Below are positions 24,585-35,652 of a DNA stretch of 64,000 nucleotides, one piece after another. The stretch's first letter is position 1, and each line of letters starts with the position of its first letter. Position numbers and translations under genes: made by a program. The notes under the pieces were generated by a model. That model saw only the letters and a list, made by a program, of their open reading frames with translations. It had not been told where the DNA came from and ran no database searches. The stretch comes from Nemertoderma westbladi (Eukaryota > Animalia > Xenacoelomorpha): the NCBI GenBank assembly GCA_032718475.1, contig JAUCBJ010004780.1, positions 13,177-77,176 on the forward strand. The letters are read 5' to 3'.

Positions 24585-26152
24585 CCAGTCCAGTAGGTAT
24601 CATAGGTTAGCTACTGAACTATGTGCCGTATACTGCCAGACTGAATACTGGAGCCTCGTATCCATCCACTGCCATAGAGGTCCTAAATATAATAGCATAC
24701 TATAATAGCGTAGTAAGTATAATAATGTATTTTGCCCACATTGAATATTACTACGTGGCAAGTTCTTCAATGAGATATTGTATAAGTACAGTACAGTATG
24801 TTTAATACTAAACCAGACTTAACAATAAATATTTCATTTACGGTTTGTATCATTGTAATTAAACTAATCCACTTAAACTACATACGGTAATTTTTATTTT
24901 TCTTGCATATATTAGGTGTATTATGCCTGGTATTGTACCACATAATAATAAATATTATATGGCTTACTCGATTACTAGTAAGCATCATCACACTTTTATC
25001 ACACTATCATACATACATAACATACTTACATTATTTTGTTTTTATCTATCATACATTCTTAACATACTTACAATATTTTGTTTTTATTTATCATACATAC
25101 TTACAATATTTGTTTTTATCTATCATACATACTTATAATATTTTATTTATTTTTACTTCATCTTTGAACTATTCCAAACATTTTACTGTATGCCTACGGT
25201 GTTTCTTTTGCAATAATTATTATTTTAACTCGCCGTCCTTAACTTTTTAGGTCCGCGTAGCGAGACCTCTAGTACTCTCTCCGTTGTTGTTGGTTTGTTG
25301 TTGTTAATTTCCACTTTGGTTTTGGCGCCATACGGCGCGGTACTGAGTTCAACCCCTTATTCCGACGGTGAAAGTTTTTTTGTTGTAAGATTGATAGTAA
25401 GTCATTCAAGGTGACCTTTGCGCGATTTCGCGCTTGTTATTCATGTAATTAATATTATATTTTGCCTGAATAATTTGATATACCCGCAATAATAAATTAT
25501 ACCAACTTCTATTTACGTGTAATTTTAACCTGAGTTTTCTTTTATCTATTCCAGCCAAACATCTTATTATATTTATATTGTATTTTATTTGTGCGTTACC
25601 TGCTACGTACCTTTTAATTACAACACTAAGGTGCTTTTAACTTAGATTGACTTTGATTTGATTTTATTTCTAATGAACGTACTACAATTTCATACATTCG
25701 AATTTACATAATGTTATTTAATATTTACCAATAATGTTAGTGTTCTTTTTATTTATAGTGTGTACGGGCTCGATATGCCATAGCTTATTTATGCCCTATT
25801 ACCATTAAACCATTAAACTAACTGACTAACACTAGCAGCTTAATTACTGTAATATCTGAATACTTTGGAATAACGGTAACCTGAACTTTCTGAAGTTAGC
25901 AATATTCCATTCTCATTGACTCTGTGTTATACAGGATTACCCGATTACAGATTTACGATTACACGTAACGTGATTGGTTGCTGCTTAGTAGCAGCCCCTA
26001 ACAGGTTTCTCAAACCACATCACTTGTTTTATACAAAATGGAATAATGTTAACTAATTATAAAATAATTGTTGAAATTTGACGTTGTACTTTACTATGAG
26101 TGACGTAAAAAGGCCAAAAAATGATACCCCATTCCATAGCGAATAAATCGTA

Positions 26153-26252
26153 TACCGCCCTGGTAGCTCAGTGGTCTTAGGACACACACTCGGCTGATGA
26201 TAACCGGAAGTTTGAAACCTAGGTACCGGGTTCGAGCCCCAATAGGGGCGGT
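26153..26252 (+). pseudogene. Degenerate tRNA-derived sequence (tRNA pseudogene or SINE head)
   Basis: A-box-like TAGCTCAGTGG, B-box-like GGTTCGAGCCC, complementary ends ACCGCCCT/AGGGGCGGT and a downstream T5; the central arm is irregular, so no anticodon can be assigned. Confidence 0.6.
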
Positions 26253-28251
26253 TGATATTTTTCGCTATGGAGAGCATTATCATAATGTACTATAATATTT
26301 ATAAATAATGTTAACTGGAAAAGCCACGATCTAAGCACCCGTCACAATCAAGGGCATAGACTGATCAGCTGATAGAGGAATTGCTTTTGGAAGATCAATA
26401 CCTTTAAATGGGAATGGTGTGTATTAAAAGTGGTTTGGGGGCGGTAGCGCTCTAACTCTAACTAAATAGTTTTGGGCAGTTGGGTGGGAGCAGCTTATTT
26501 TGAATCAAAATTATAAGTTAACGTTCTTAAGTATTTCGTTATATAGATAGGAATCCGGTAAATTGACTGATTGACAAAATTTGTAAGTGGTTTCCTCTAG
26601 GAAGCGGTAAATTGACCAAAAATACAAAAATTTTATAAGCAGATACAGAGATAAGTGGTTTGCCATTGGAACTGGTAAAATGACAATAAAAAAGTTAAAA
26701 ATGGATGCCCCCAAACAGGAACGTCCCCGTTTTTTAAGTAAATTACGAAAATTATTATTGAGCAATTATTACACAGTGTGTATTTTTAGGAATTGTGGCA
26801 TTTTATGTAGGCCTACTAATTAATATTTTAATTTAATCAATACATCAATAATTAAATAAATTTGTTCATTATTTGGCATTTCTTAATACCGGTACTGTAA
26901 TACCGGTAGTTAATTAGCAGTTTTAGTTAATTAGGTACCGGTAATTGATATATAGAATATAACAGTATAACCTTGGGATCTATATGCGAATCAGGTGTCA
27001 GGTCTCATCTTGGATCTTGTATTGTTTTTCTATCGTTATTACTGTTGTTGAATTGAATAATTCGTTTAATTTCCTGTACATAATGGGTGGAAGTAAATAG
27101 GAAAATTAGGCCTACCGTTAATCACAAACACAGATTACATAAAACTTTAAAATTACAGAAATAATACGTTAAAATTACTAATAAAAATAAATATAACTTT
27201 AAAACGTACCTACGTACTGATGTATATGTAACTTGTTAGCTGAGATTCTTAAAAAAAGCTCAAAATTATTAAAAGATACGAGAGACTTGCAACTTAATAC
27301 AGTAATAAAAGCAACTGTATTACTACAGTACTACTATTCAGCTATTATCTGATTATGTTAATAAACAAACTTTAACTGTTCAAAATAATAAGATTTATTA
27401 ATCACCCAATCAAGGGCATACTGGCAATCTGGCATAGACTGATAGACTGATAGAGGAATTGCTTTTGGAAAAACAATACTTTTTATGGGAATGTAGGAAT
27501 GGTGTGTATTAAAAGTGGCTTGGGCTTGGCAGCTTGGGGGCGGTAGCGTAAAAAATATTACATGTATATACAATACAGCAATAGGCCTACTGCAATAGGC
27601 CTACCGGCAACCGGTACCAGCCCAGCCTACCCTGCTACAGATATCACAGTATCAGGCTGTCAGGACAGCAGGATATAGTCAATCAGTCAATAGTTGAGTT
27701 TCTTGTATTCCAGTACCGGTATTCCTATAACTGTATGTATTGAATATAAGGCTAGTACGGTAGTAAAATAAAGTAAAAGTTTAGGCCTATAGGCAAATAG
27801 GCCTACCACAGCAGCACAGTACCAGTAGGCCTACACCTGTACACAGTAGGCCTACAGAAGTAAAAACTGAAAAATATTATGGTACCGGTAGGTGTAACTG
27901 CAACTGTCTAAGGTAAATTATAGGCCTGTGCCTGTAGGCCTAGTTGTAGGGCTGTCAGGTTGTGTTTCTTGTAAGACAAGATTCATACAGGTAACATACA
28001 GACATGACATAATGCTGTAATGATTTAGGCCTACAATGGCTGACTCCTGGCCAGCTGACTGGCTGGGCTGTGGGCTGGCTGCCCGGCACTGCCTCTGGTT
28101 CCGCTTTAAGCTGTCTGACTTCTGACTACCGACAATACAATGACGACCGGTACCGTACTGCTGTACTGACCTTGGACAGGACTGTACAGTACATACTGAC
28201 TAAGTGTAAACATGGTCCCACCTGGCGTAGTGTAGTGGCATGCAGTGTTGT

Positions 28252-29758
28252 ATGGCGTCTCTTTAGGGTCAATATTCAGTGTTTTAATATTTTTTATTCA
28301 GTATAAATTTACATTCAGTAATAATTAATATCTTTCAGTGTTCTACAATATCTTTTAGTAATTAATAAATTATCGTTCAGTAATAACTGAATTATCTTTC
28401 AGTATTTACTGAATTCATCTTTCAGTATTTACTGAATTATCTTTCAGTATTTACTGAATTATCTTTCAGTATTTACTGAATTATCTTTCAGTATTTACTG
28501 AATTATCTTTCAGTATTTACTGAATTATCTTTCAGTATTTACTGAATTATCTTTCAGTAATACTTAATTATCTTTCAGTAACGTATTTATCTTTCAGTGA
28601 TTATCTTTCAGTATTTACTGAATTATCTTTCAGTATTTACTGAATTATCTTTCAGTATTTACTGAATTATCTCTCAGTATTTACTGAATTATCTTTCAGT
28701 ATTTACTGAATTATCTTTCAGTATTTACTGAATTATCTTTCAGTATTTACTGAATTATCTTTCAGTATTTACTGGATTATCTTTCAGTATTTACTGAATT
28801 ATCTTTCAGTAATACTTAATTATCTTTCAGTAACGTATTTATCTTTCAGTGATTATCTTTCAGTATTTGCAATAGCACATCAGTATAAAATCACTCGTTA
28901 TAATAAATTCCGTATAAATTCCTTTATCTCTATTGAATTCAATAGGCCAATCACAAAAAAGGCATATTCTAGAATATATAATGTTAATTTACGAAAACTG
29001 TCGACGGTGCAGTATGGCCTATGCAGTATGAAGTTACACTAGGCTACACAGTTTGTTGTTAGTTATGTATTAGCGTGATATATTTAATTAAGTGTAAGAA
29101 ACTGAGGAAGAATAAACTGCAATGCCGCGTTTTTGTGGAGCATGTGGTTCAGCAAATGAACTGAATTTCTGTACTAGTTGCGGTCGTTCTCTTTTAGTGG
29201 ATGATACTCCCACCATTCACAATCGCAATCTAAACGAGAATACAAATCCATCGACCTCGCCACCACCTATGCCAAATGCGTTTACAGTAGATTTGGTAAG
29301 GGAAGCTGTCCGAGCTGTCAGTCCATACTGCTAGCACCGTCGACAGTTTTCGTAAATTAACATTATATATTCTAGAATATGCCTTTTTTGTGATTGGCCT
29401 ATTGAATTCAATAGAGATAAAGGAATTTATACGGAATTTATTATAACGAGTGATTTTATACTGATGTGCTACAGTATTGCAAATACTGAAAGATAATCAC
29501 TGAAAGATAATTCAGTAAATACTGAAAGATAATTCAGTAAATACTGAAAGATAATTCAGTAAATACTGAAAGATAATTCAGTAAATACTGAAAAGATAAT
29601 TCAGTAAATACTGAAAGATAATTCAGTATTACTGAACGATAATTTATTAATTACTAAGATATTGTAGAACACTGAAAGATATTAATTATTACTGAATGTA
29701 AATTTATACTGAATAAAAAATATTACCACACTGAACATTGACCCTAAAGAGACGCCAT
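28252..29758. mobile_element. Foldback non-autonomous DNA transposon with long TIRs containing a 22-bp tandem repeat
   Basis: Ends ATGGCGTCTCTTTAGGGTCAA / TTGACCCTAAAGAGACGCCAT; 8-bp TSD AGTGTTGT; arms about 28252-29017 and 29323-29758 with (GTATTTACTGAATTATCTTTCA)n in unequal copy number. Confidence 0.92.
29122..29334 (+). pseudogene. Truncated zinc-ribbon ORF (CxxC...CxxC) in the foldback loop
   Basis: MPRFCGACGSANELNFCTSCGRSL with an ATG start; the ORF ends where the right TIR begins. Confidence 0.5.
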
Positions 29759-29934
29759 AGTGTTGTGGCTAAATCCGTTGCCTTTAATTCACATCTCTCT
29801 GTATTTCACCTCTAAAAGCCGCACGGTTTTATTATTTACGGGGTGTAATAATTTGCAAATTGATTAATTTCTCCTCCTATTTTAGGGGATGATATACTGT
29901 AAATGGGCACATTTATGTGATTTTATCTTCCCCT

Positions 29935-30715
29935 TAACGATTGGCTGATTTGGGAGGGAATTTAAATACAAAATTATGTTGTAATAAATCCGCCCGGTAA
30001 TGATTGGCTGATTTAGTGGAGTGTTTAAATACACAATTATGTTGTAATAAATCCGTCCGCTAATGATTGGCTGATTTAGGGGAGTCGTTAAATACACAAT
30101 TATGTTGTAATAAATCCGCCCACTAATGATTGGCTGATTTAGGGGAGAGTTTAAATACACAATTATGTTGTAATAAATCCGTCCGCTAATGATTGGCTGA
30201 TTTAGGGGAGTCGTTAAATACACAATTATGTTGTAATAAATCCGCCCACTAATGATTGGCTGATTTAGGGGAGAGTTTAAATACACAATTATGGTGTAAT
30301 AAATCCGTCCTCTAATGATTGGTTGATTTAGGAGGGATTTAAATACAAAATTATGTTGTAATAAATCCGCCCGGTAATGATTGGCTGATTTAGTGGAGTG
30401 TTTAAATACACAATTATGTTGTAATAAATCCGCCCACTAATGATTGGCTGATTTAGTGGAGTGTTTAAATACACAATTATGTTGTAATAAATCCGTCCGC
30501 TAATGATTGGCTGATTTAGGGGAGTCGTTAAATACACAATTATGTTGTAATAAATCCGCCCACTAATGATTGGCTGATTTAGGGGAGAGTTTAAATACAC
30601 AATTATGGTGTAATAAATCTGCCCGCAAATGATTGGCTGATGTAGGGGAGAGTTTAAATACACAATTATGGTGTAATAAATCTGCCCGCAAATGATTGGC
30701 TAATATAGGGGGAAA
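29935..30715. repeat. 63-bp minisatellite, about 12 copies
   Basis: TGATTGG recurs at 30001, 30064, 30127 etc.; unit TAATGATTGGCTGATTTAGGGGAGAGTTTAAATACACAATTATGTTGTAATAAATCCGCCCAC. Confidence 0.96.
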
Positions 30716-32609
30716 TCCTTTGAAAATCCTATTCCCTAAATTGTAGGCTACCAATAGCGGTACTGCTGTACAGTATGTCATTTTCAAATAGGCTCCATTA
30801 TATTTCGATAAATTATCCAATCGCTTGGGGTAGATATTATTTCAGCAAATCACTAGCGCGAGGATTTACTAACACATAATTTGTGTATTTAAGGGGGGGG
30901 GGGGGGGGGGGTACACCATTTTGGTCAAAAATATGTCGAAATTTTTTTTATGATCTATTACAGTACAGGCCACCAGAAAAAGCAGATTTCATCCAATGTG
31001 ATCACATGTGAACACATTTGTTCAAGTCATCTGATTGGCAGGTTATGGCGAGTTATCTTCTAGATCACACAGCAGGAGAGGCTAACTTGCTGGGACCGAC
31101 AAAGGCTTTGTGTGCCCTGCGCCTGTATGTCTGATACCAGGTAGATGAGAGAGCCCCCAGGGCGTAACATTGTGGACATGGGCTGTATTGGTAGAGAGAG
31201 AACTACATACAAGACCACATGGAGGTTCATGGAGTGTATGGGAGTGGATGGATGGAGGAGCCTAGACCATTGAATAATTACTTTAGTGCAGGGAGATGTC
31301 GCGCCATTAGTCTGACACCGAGAGGGCACTGAGAAACACCAGAAGATGCCTTAACATCACTAACTATAGGCCTGCCTACTAGACACTATTAACCGCACAC
31401 TATAAAGGTAAACAAAATCCTTATCGCCTTTCCAGCTGCAGTGAGTGACAGTTCGCGGCAAACTACAGAGAGTTTCCAGATTACTAAGCGTTTCAAAAGT
31501 ATTCAATTGTATCCTTTGGCGAAAATTTTTTGGTTGTTGCCAATTCAATTATGTTCAATTATGTTCAATTGTCCCGTTCAACAACATTACATTACACTGG
31601 TACACATTTGATAAAATGTGTTCACAATTGTACAAATCTGCGTTTTCTGGTGGCCTGTACTGTATAATGCACCATTGAATGGTGTTTCCAAATCTGAAAA
31701 CCGCTATTTAATAGCTCTTTTAGTTTTTAAGTTATAACAATTTCCATTTAGCGATTCCTATTGAAATTACTATTACTATGTATAATGAAAGGTCGATTAT
31801 CTCCAAATATTTTTTTTATGAAATTGTCAACTTCAAAACCCTACTACTTCTACAATTTTTGAGCAATTAGTAATAGTGCCTATAGGGGCCAACAAATTGT
31901 ACATAGGCGTATTAAGGATTGGCACTAAATTAACAACCTACTGTATATACTGTACTTGCAAATAAATACAATTGTCGTGTGGGCCTCAAGCCGCACCCTA
32001 GTTAACCAACAACTTTATATGTCATTTTAAATTTTTAAATATGAAAAATAGCATTAGCGACCTTAAAAATAATATGCGTCCCTGAAATTCAAGATCGTCT
32101 GACCAGATCCTGTATTTAAAACATCTCTGTAAATTTTACTGGTAATTTCCAAATTTATGGACTCACAACCCACAATATTGTCCTGTTCCATTTCGTTAGC
32201 AATAAATTCTATACTTTCTAATAGCTAAACTTTCCAGAATGCCTCTATAGCAGCTGTTGATTTCCCCAATGGTATACTGACATCCCGAACTTGCGAGAAT
32301 CTGGGATGAATAGTCTCGTCCCAAGTTAGGCCCCGTGACGGATCATCGATAGATCCTTCCTCACCCTATATAACTGTTGATTTCCCCAACCCATAGAGCT
32401 GTGATACAACCCCCCCCCCCCCCCCCCCTCCTATTACTATCCCCGTCTTCGAAATACATTACAAAGGCTAATATTCGTTAAAATCTTATTCGTGACAAAC
32501 AAAGCAGCGACTTATTACCGACATAATTGCGATTTATACTGCCTATAGTTCTTAATCACTGAAAATAAAATCGTTGAACGTTTGAGTCACAGATATAAAA
32601 TACAAACAA

Positions 32610-33185
32610 TTACCCGGTAACCATTTCAGTTTCTTTATTTAAACTATTTTTATATTGTTCGTATAGGATTTTGTCAGACCGAAATCGGTTGACCAGTCGG
32701 GAGATTTGCTTGGGCGTCCATTGGTGCACATTTCTAGAGTCCTTCGCCATCTTCTTATAATTGCAATCTCCATAATTCTTAAGCATGTGGGAAACCAGAT
32801 CTGCATCATCCTGGGTAAGTTTCTTAGCGGGCTTATTAACCGGTATCGTTCGTGAAGACATCACCTCGAGATCTTCGATTACTGATGGTTTGTTCAACGT
32901 CTTCCTGCCAGGTCGACCCTTCTTCCCAACGGTTTCATCTACGTCCATGGTCTCCAGACTGTCCATCGCCGAGGGGATCTTAAAGGCGGCAGTCTGGCTG
33001 ACGTCCATCACTAATCCCATGTCGTCGAAGTTATCCTGTACCGATTTCTTGTTGTCCCAAGATTTCTTTAGGATGGGACATTGGATGGCCGGAACGCGTT
33101 TCGTTTTGTGGGCTTTGCCCCGACGTTTCTTTTGCGAGCCGGACAACGCATTGCGTTTCACTTTTCGTTTCTTCGGCTTACCCAT
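32610..33185 (-). CDS. NOP16: Nucleolar protein 16, single coding exon
   Basis: Basic MGKPKKRK N-terminus, IQCPILKKSWDNKKSVQDNFDDMGL, and NYGDCNYKKMAKDSRNVHQWTPKQI match Nop16 motifs; ATG at 33185. Confidence 0.9.
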   Translation of the reverse strand: MGKPKKRKVKRNALSGSQKKRRGKAHKTKRVPAIQCPILKKSWDNKKSVQDNFDDMGLVMDVSQTAAFKIPSAMDSLETMDVDETVGKKGRPGRKTLNKPSVIEDLEVMSSRTIPVNKPAKKLTQDDADLVSHMLKNYGDCNYKKMAKDSRNVHQWTPKQISRLVNRFRSDKILYEQYKNSLNKETEMVTG

Positions 33186-34513
33186 CAATAATAAGAACCG
33201 TTGCAATTAGATTGTTAAAATTATAGGTAAATAATTAATATTTACGATTTAGTAAATCGAATTAGTTATTAATATTTAATTAGTTATCTAATTAACATAA
33301 ACCAATATGTAGATACTACGAGTGTAATAAATACTACTAAATGCATTATACACACACTCTACTTAGCCTAGGGTAGCATCACTTATATTATAAAGAATAA
33401 GTAAGTTATAAAGGAATAGGGGTTGATCTGAAAATACAACTGTGAGACAGTGTGGGGGGGGGGGGGGGGGGGGTGACGCAAATCCCGTATCGGTGAATTA
33501 ATATATCGTATCATTGTAAAATTATAAATCAATGGGAAAGGAGCAGGTTACAGTGGCACATTGTTCTAACCAAAAAAATAAACTAAAGTCAAACAAGTTG
33601 CACTTTTAGTTTTGGTAACCATCACCTGTTATTTTGTTCCTTTTTCCCTTGGAGAGAGATGAATTTGATTGCGTCATTTTGAAAAAATGTGGAAGGACGT
33701 CACCTGGAGGGGTGGAACCAGTGAGTCCCTTTCCCGTTATTTCCACGTCTAAATAAAAGGCCAAAGCATTAGCCAGTAAAACTTCCAATATGCACAAACA
33801 GAAACTTAGCAATATACAGACAAAGAAATTAACTAGAGTAGCTAGCAAGCTGAAGCTAGCATTCGCGTTGTTCAATCTATATCCAATTTGAACCATTACT
33901 GTATAAACTAATAACCGACATCGTATTGTCAGGCGGGATTGGTTATGCCTACGGACATGTAAAATGTATTACGGAGCTATTCGTATTTCGCGTTGATCGC
34001 GTATGTTTGAGTTATATAATTCCGTCAAAAGGTAAAAGTAAAGAAACATTAATGTGCGCATGGAGTAGTTATTATTCAAAAACAATTAGATTTTGGGATA
34101 CATTGATATATTAATAGGAATAAAGTTACAGAAAGTAGTTACTTACCCGTCTATAAAAATCTCTATAAATCTTAAATCTCTTCTATAAAAATAACTATAA
34201 CACAGGCTTAAAGGTATTATCGCTGCACGTGAAATAAATATATAAACAACTGGCCGAAATCAGCAACGAGCGAAAATATTTATAACCAAATATTCATCGC
34301 AAAATTATTTCGTTAATATTAAATTATAATTTTTGCAATTAATTATGTAATACGTACTTAATTAATTAATTAATTAATATAAATCATTAGTGATTATATT
34401 TACTGCCTCATCTATTAAATACTGTAATAAATAACTGTAACTTACTAGGCCTACCTACTAAACATTATAGTGGAATCAAATGTGAGTTAATGGTTAAAGG
34501 TATTATAAATAAA

Positions 34514-35332
34514 TTATTTGTGCGATTTTGGGACTTCGATTGCGATTATAATAGCGATAATCGCGAGAACAATTAGGAGTATTGCGACGAGTATAAGAAG
34601 TTTCTTCCGGTGTTTAGCTTGGTATCTCGCGGCACCGCGAAGCTGTTGGTTACCCTGCTCCACCCTGGTGTACGCCGCATCCACATTGGCCTCTATTGAG
34701 TCAACAGTCTCTCCTTGCTCGCGAACCATATCCGACAGATCCTTCATAATCGTGTTTATATCGAGAATATCGCTCTCCAGTTCTTTAAGTTGTCGTTCCC
34801 GGTCTTCGAACGACTGTTGGTCGAGTTCTAGAATGAGTTCCTGTTGTTGGAGGCGCTCCATAGCCGCCTCTCTGGCCGCCTCATCCAGCAACCTAGCCTC
34901 CTCGTTGTCTCCATCGTAATCTTGCTCTCCCGCAGACCCATGTTGCCTAGCAGCCACTATCATGGTTGTCCGTAGTGACTGGACTACCCGCCGTTGCGTT
35001 TTGCCGTACTTCGAAGTCGCTTCTTCGAAATCCATTCGCAGCCGGTCGAGAAACAACGTCTCGTGTCGCTGCTTGGTCCCGACGTTGAGTTGCTTAAAGT
35101 TCTGGGCTGTGGTGTGTATTAGCAGGTTGGTCTCCTGCATGCTCGAGTGTATTTTGTCCCGCAGTGTTTGGCAGTCTGTTTTCGTACCGATTTGGCGTTG
35201 GTATCGCTCGATTGAGTTCGTGTTGTTGGTTATTCGCATCATGGAGCTCGTTACTCCGTCAAAAAGCGCGCTAGTTTCCTCGCCTCTCAAGGCCTCTCTG
35301 TCCGAGCTCTGCGTGGATCCGTAGTTCGTCAT
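34514..35332 (-). CDS. Endosomal Qa-SNARE syntaxin-7/12-like, single coding exon, 272 aa
   Basis: QIGTKTD...LR Habc motif, SNARE motif RERQLKELESDILDINTIMKDLSDMVREQGETVDSIEANV...QQL..AARYQ, C-terminal TM helix. Confidence 0.93.
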   Translation of the reverse strand: MTNYGSTQSSDREALRGEETSALFDGVTSSMMRITNNTNSIERYQRQIGTKTDCQTLRDKIHSSMQETNLLIHTTAQNFKQLNVGTKQRHETLFLDRLRMDFEEATSKYGKTQRRVVQSLRTTMIVAARQHGSAGEQDYDGDNEEARLLDEAAREAAMERLQQQELILELDQQSFEDRERQLKELESDILDINTIMKDLSDMVREQGETVDSIEANVDAAYTRVEQGNQQLRGAARYQAKHRKKLLILVAILLIVLAIIAIIIAIEVPKSHK

Positions 35333-35652
35333 TTTCGTTACCGGTAATTTGTGATTAGGGTACTGTTCACCGTTCTCTAGTAGGGCAGTATGCAGTAGGG
35401 TGTACGTACGTGTCGTACAGACTACTACACTACAGCACTACACTACACTACACACACACTACATCATACATGTACTGTTGTACTCTCTCTCAGCAACTCA
35501 GCTGCCCGATGCAGATCAGGGATGGCGTTTGGGCGTAGGTTATTAAGAACAGTAGAATAAATTATCAATTCACTGTACAGCTGTATGTACAATGTACATT
35601 GTACCAGTGCTGCAGTGCACAGTGCAGCAGTGTCAGAGTGTACACGCACAAC

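Noticed and set aside
26153-26252. Functional tRNA, including tRNA-Sec
   Set aside because: Anticodon and variable arms do not fold into a canonical cloverleaf by eye; only A/B boxes and the terminal stem remain.
29122-29334. Zinc-ribbon ORF as a host exon (DZANK1-like CHB_HEX_C plus zinc ribbon)
   Set aside because: It lies inside a TSD-bounded transposon, has its own ATG and stop, and lacks matching splice sites.
29882-30663. ORFs with 21-aa repeats (YLNSPLNQPIISGRIYYNIIV)
   Set aside because: Frame-preserving translation of the 63-bp minisatellite, with no ATG context or splice support.
21174-35332. Operon-like trans-spliced cluster of the co-oriented minus-strand genes
   Set aside because: Genes are kilobases apart and I saw no consistent pyrimidine-AG acceptor just upstream of their start codons; cannot be fully excluded without 5' end data.
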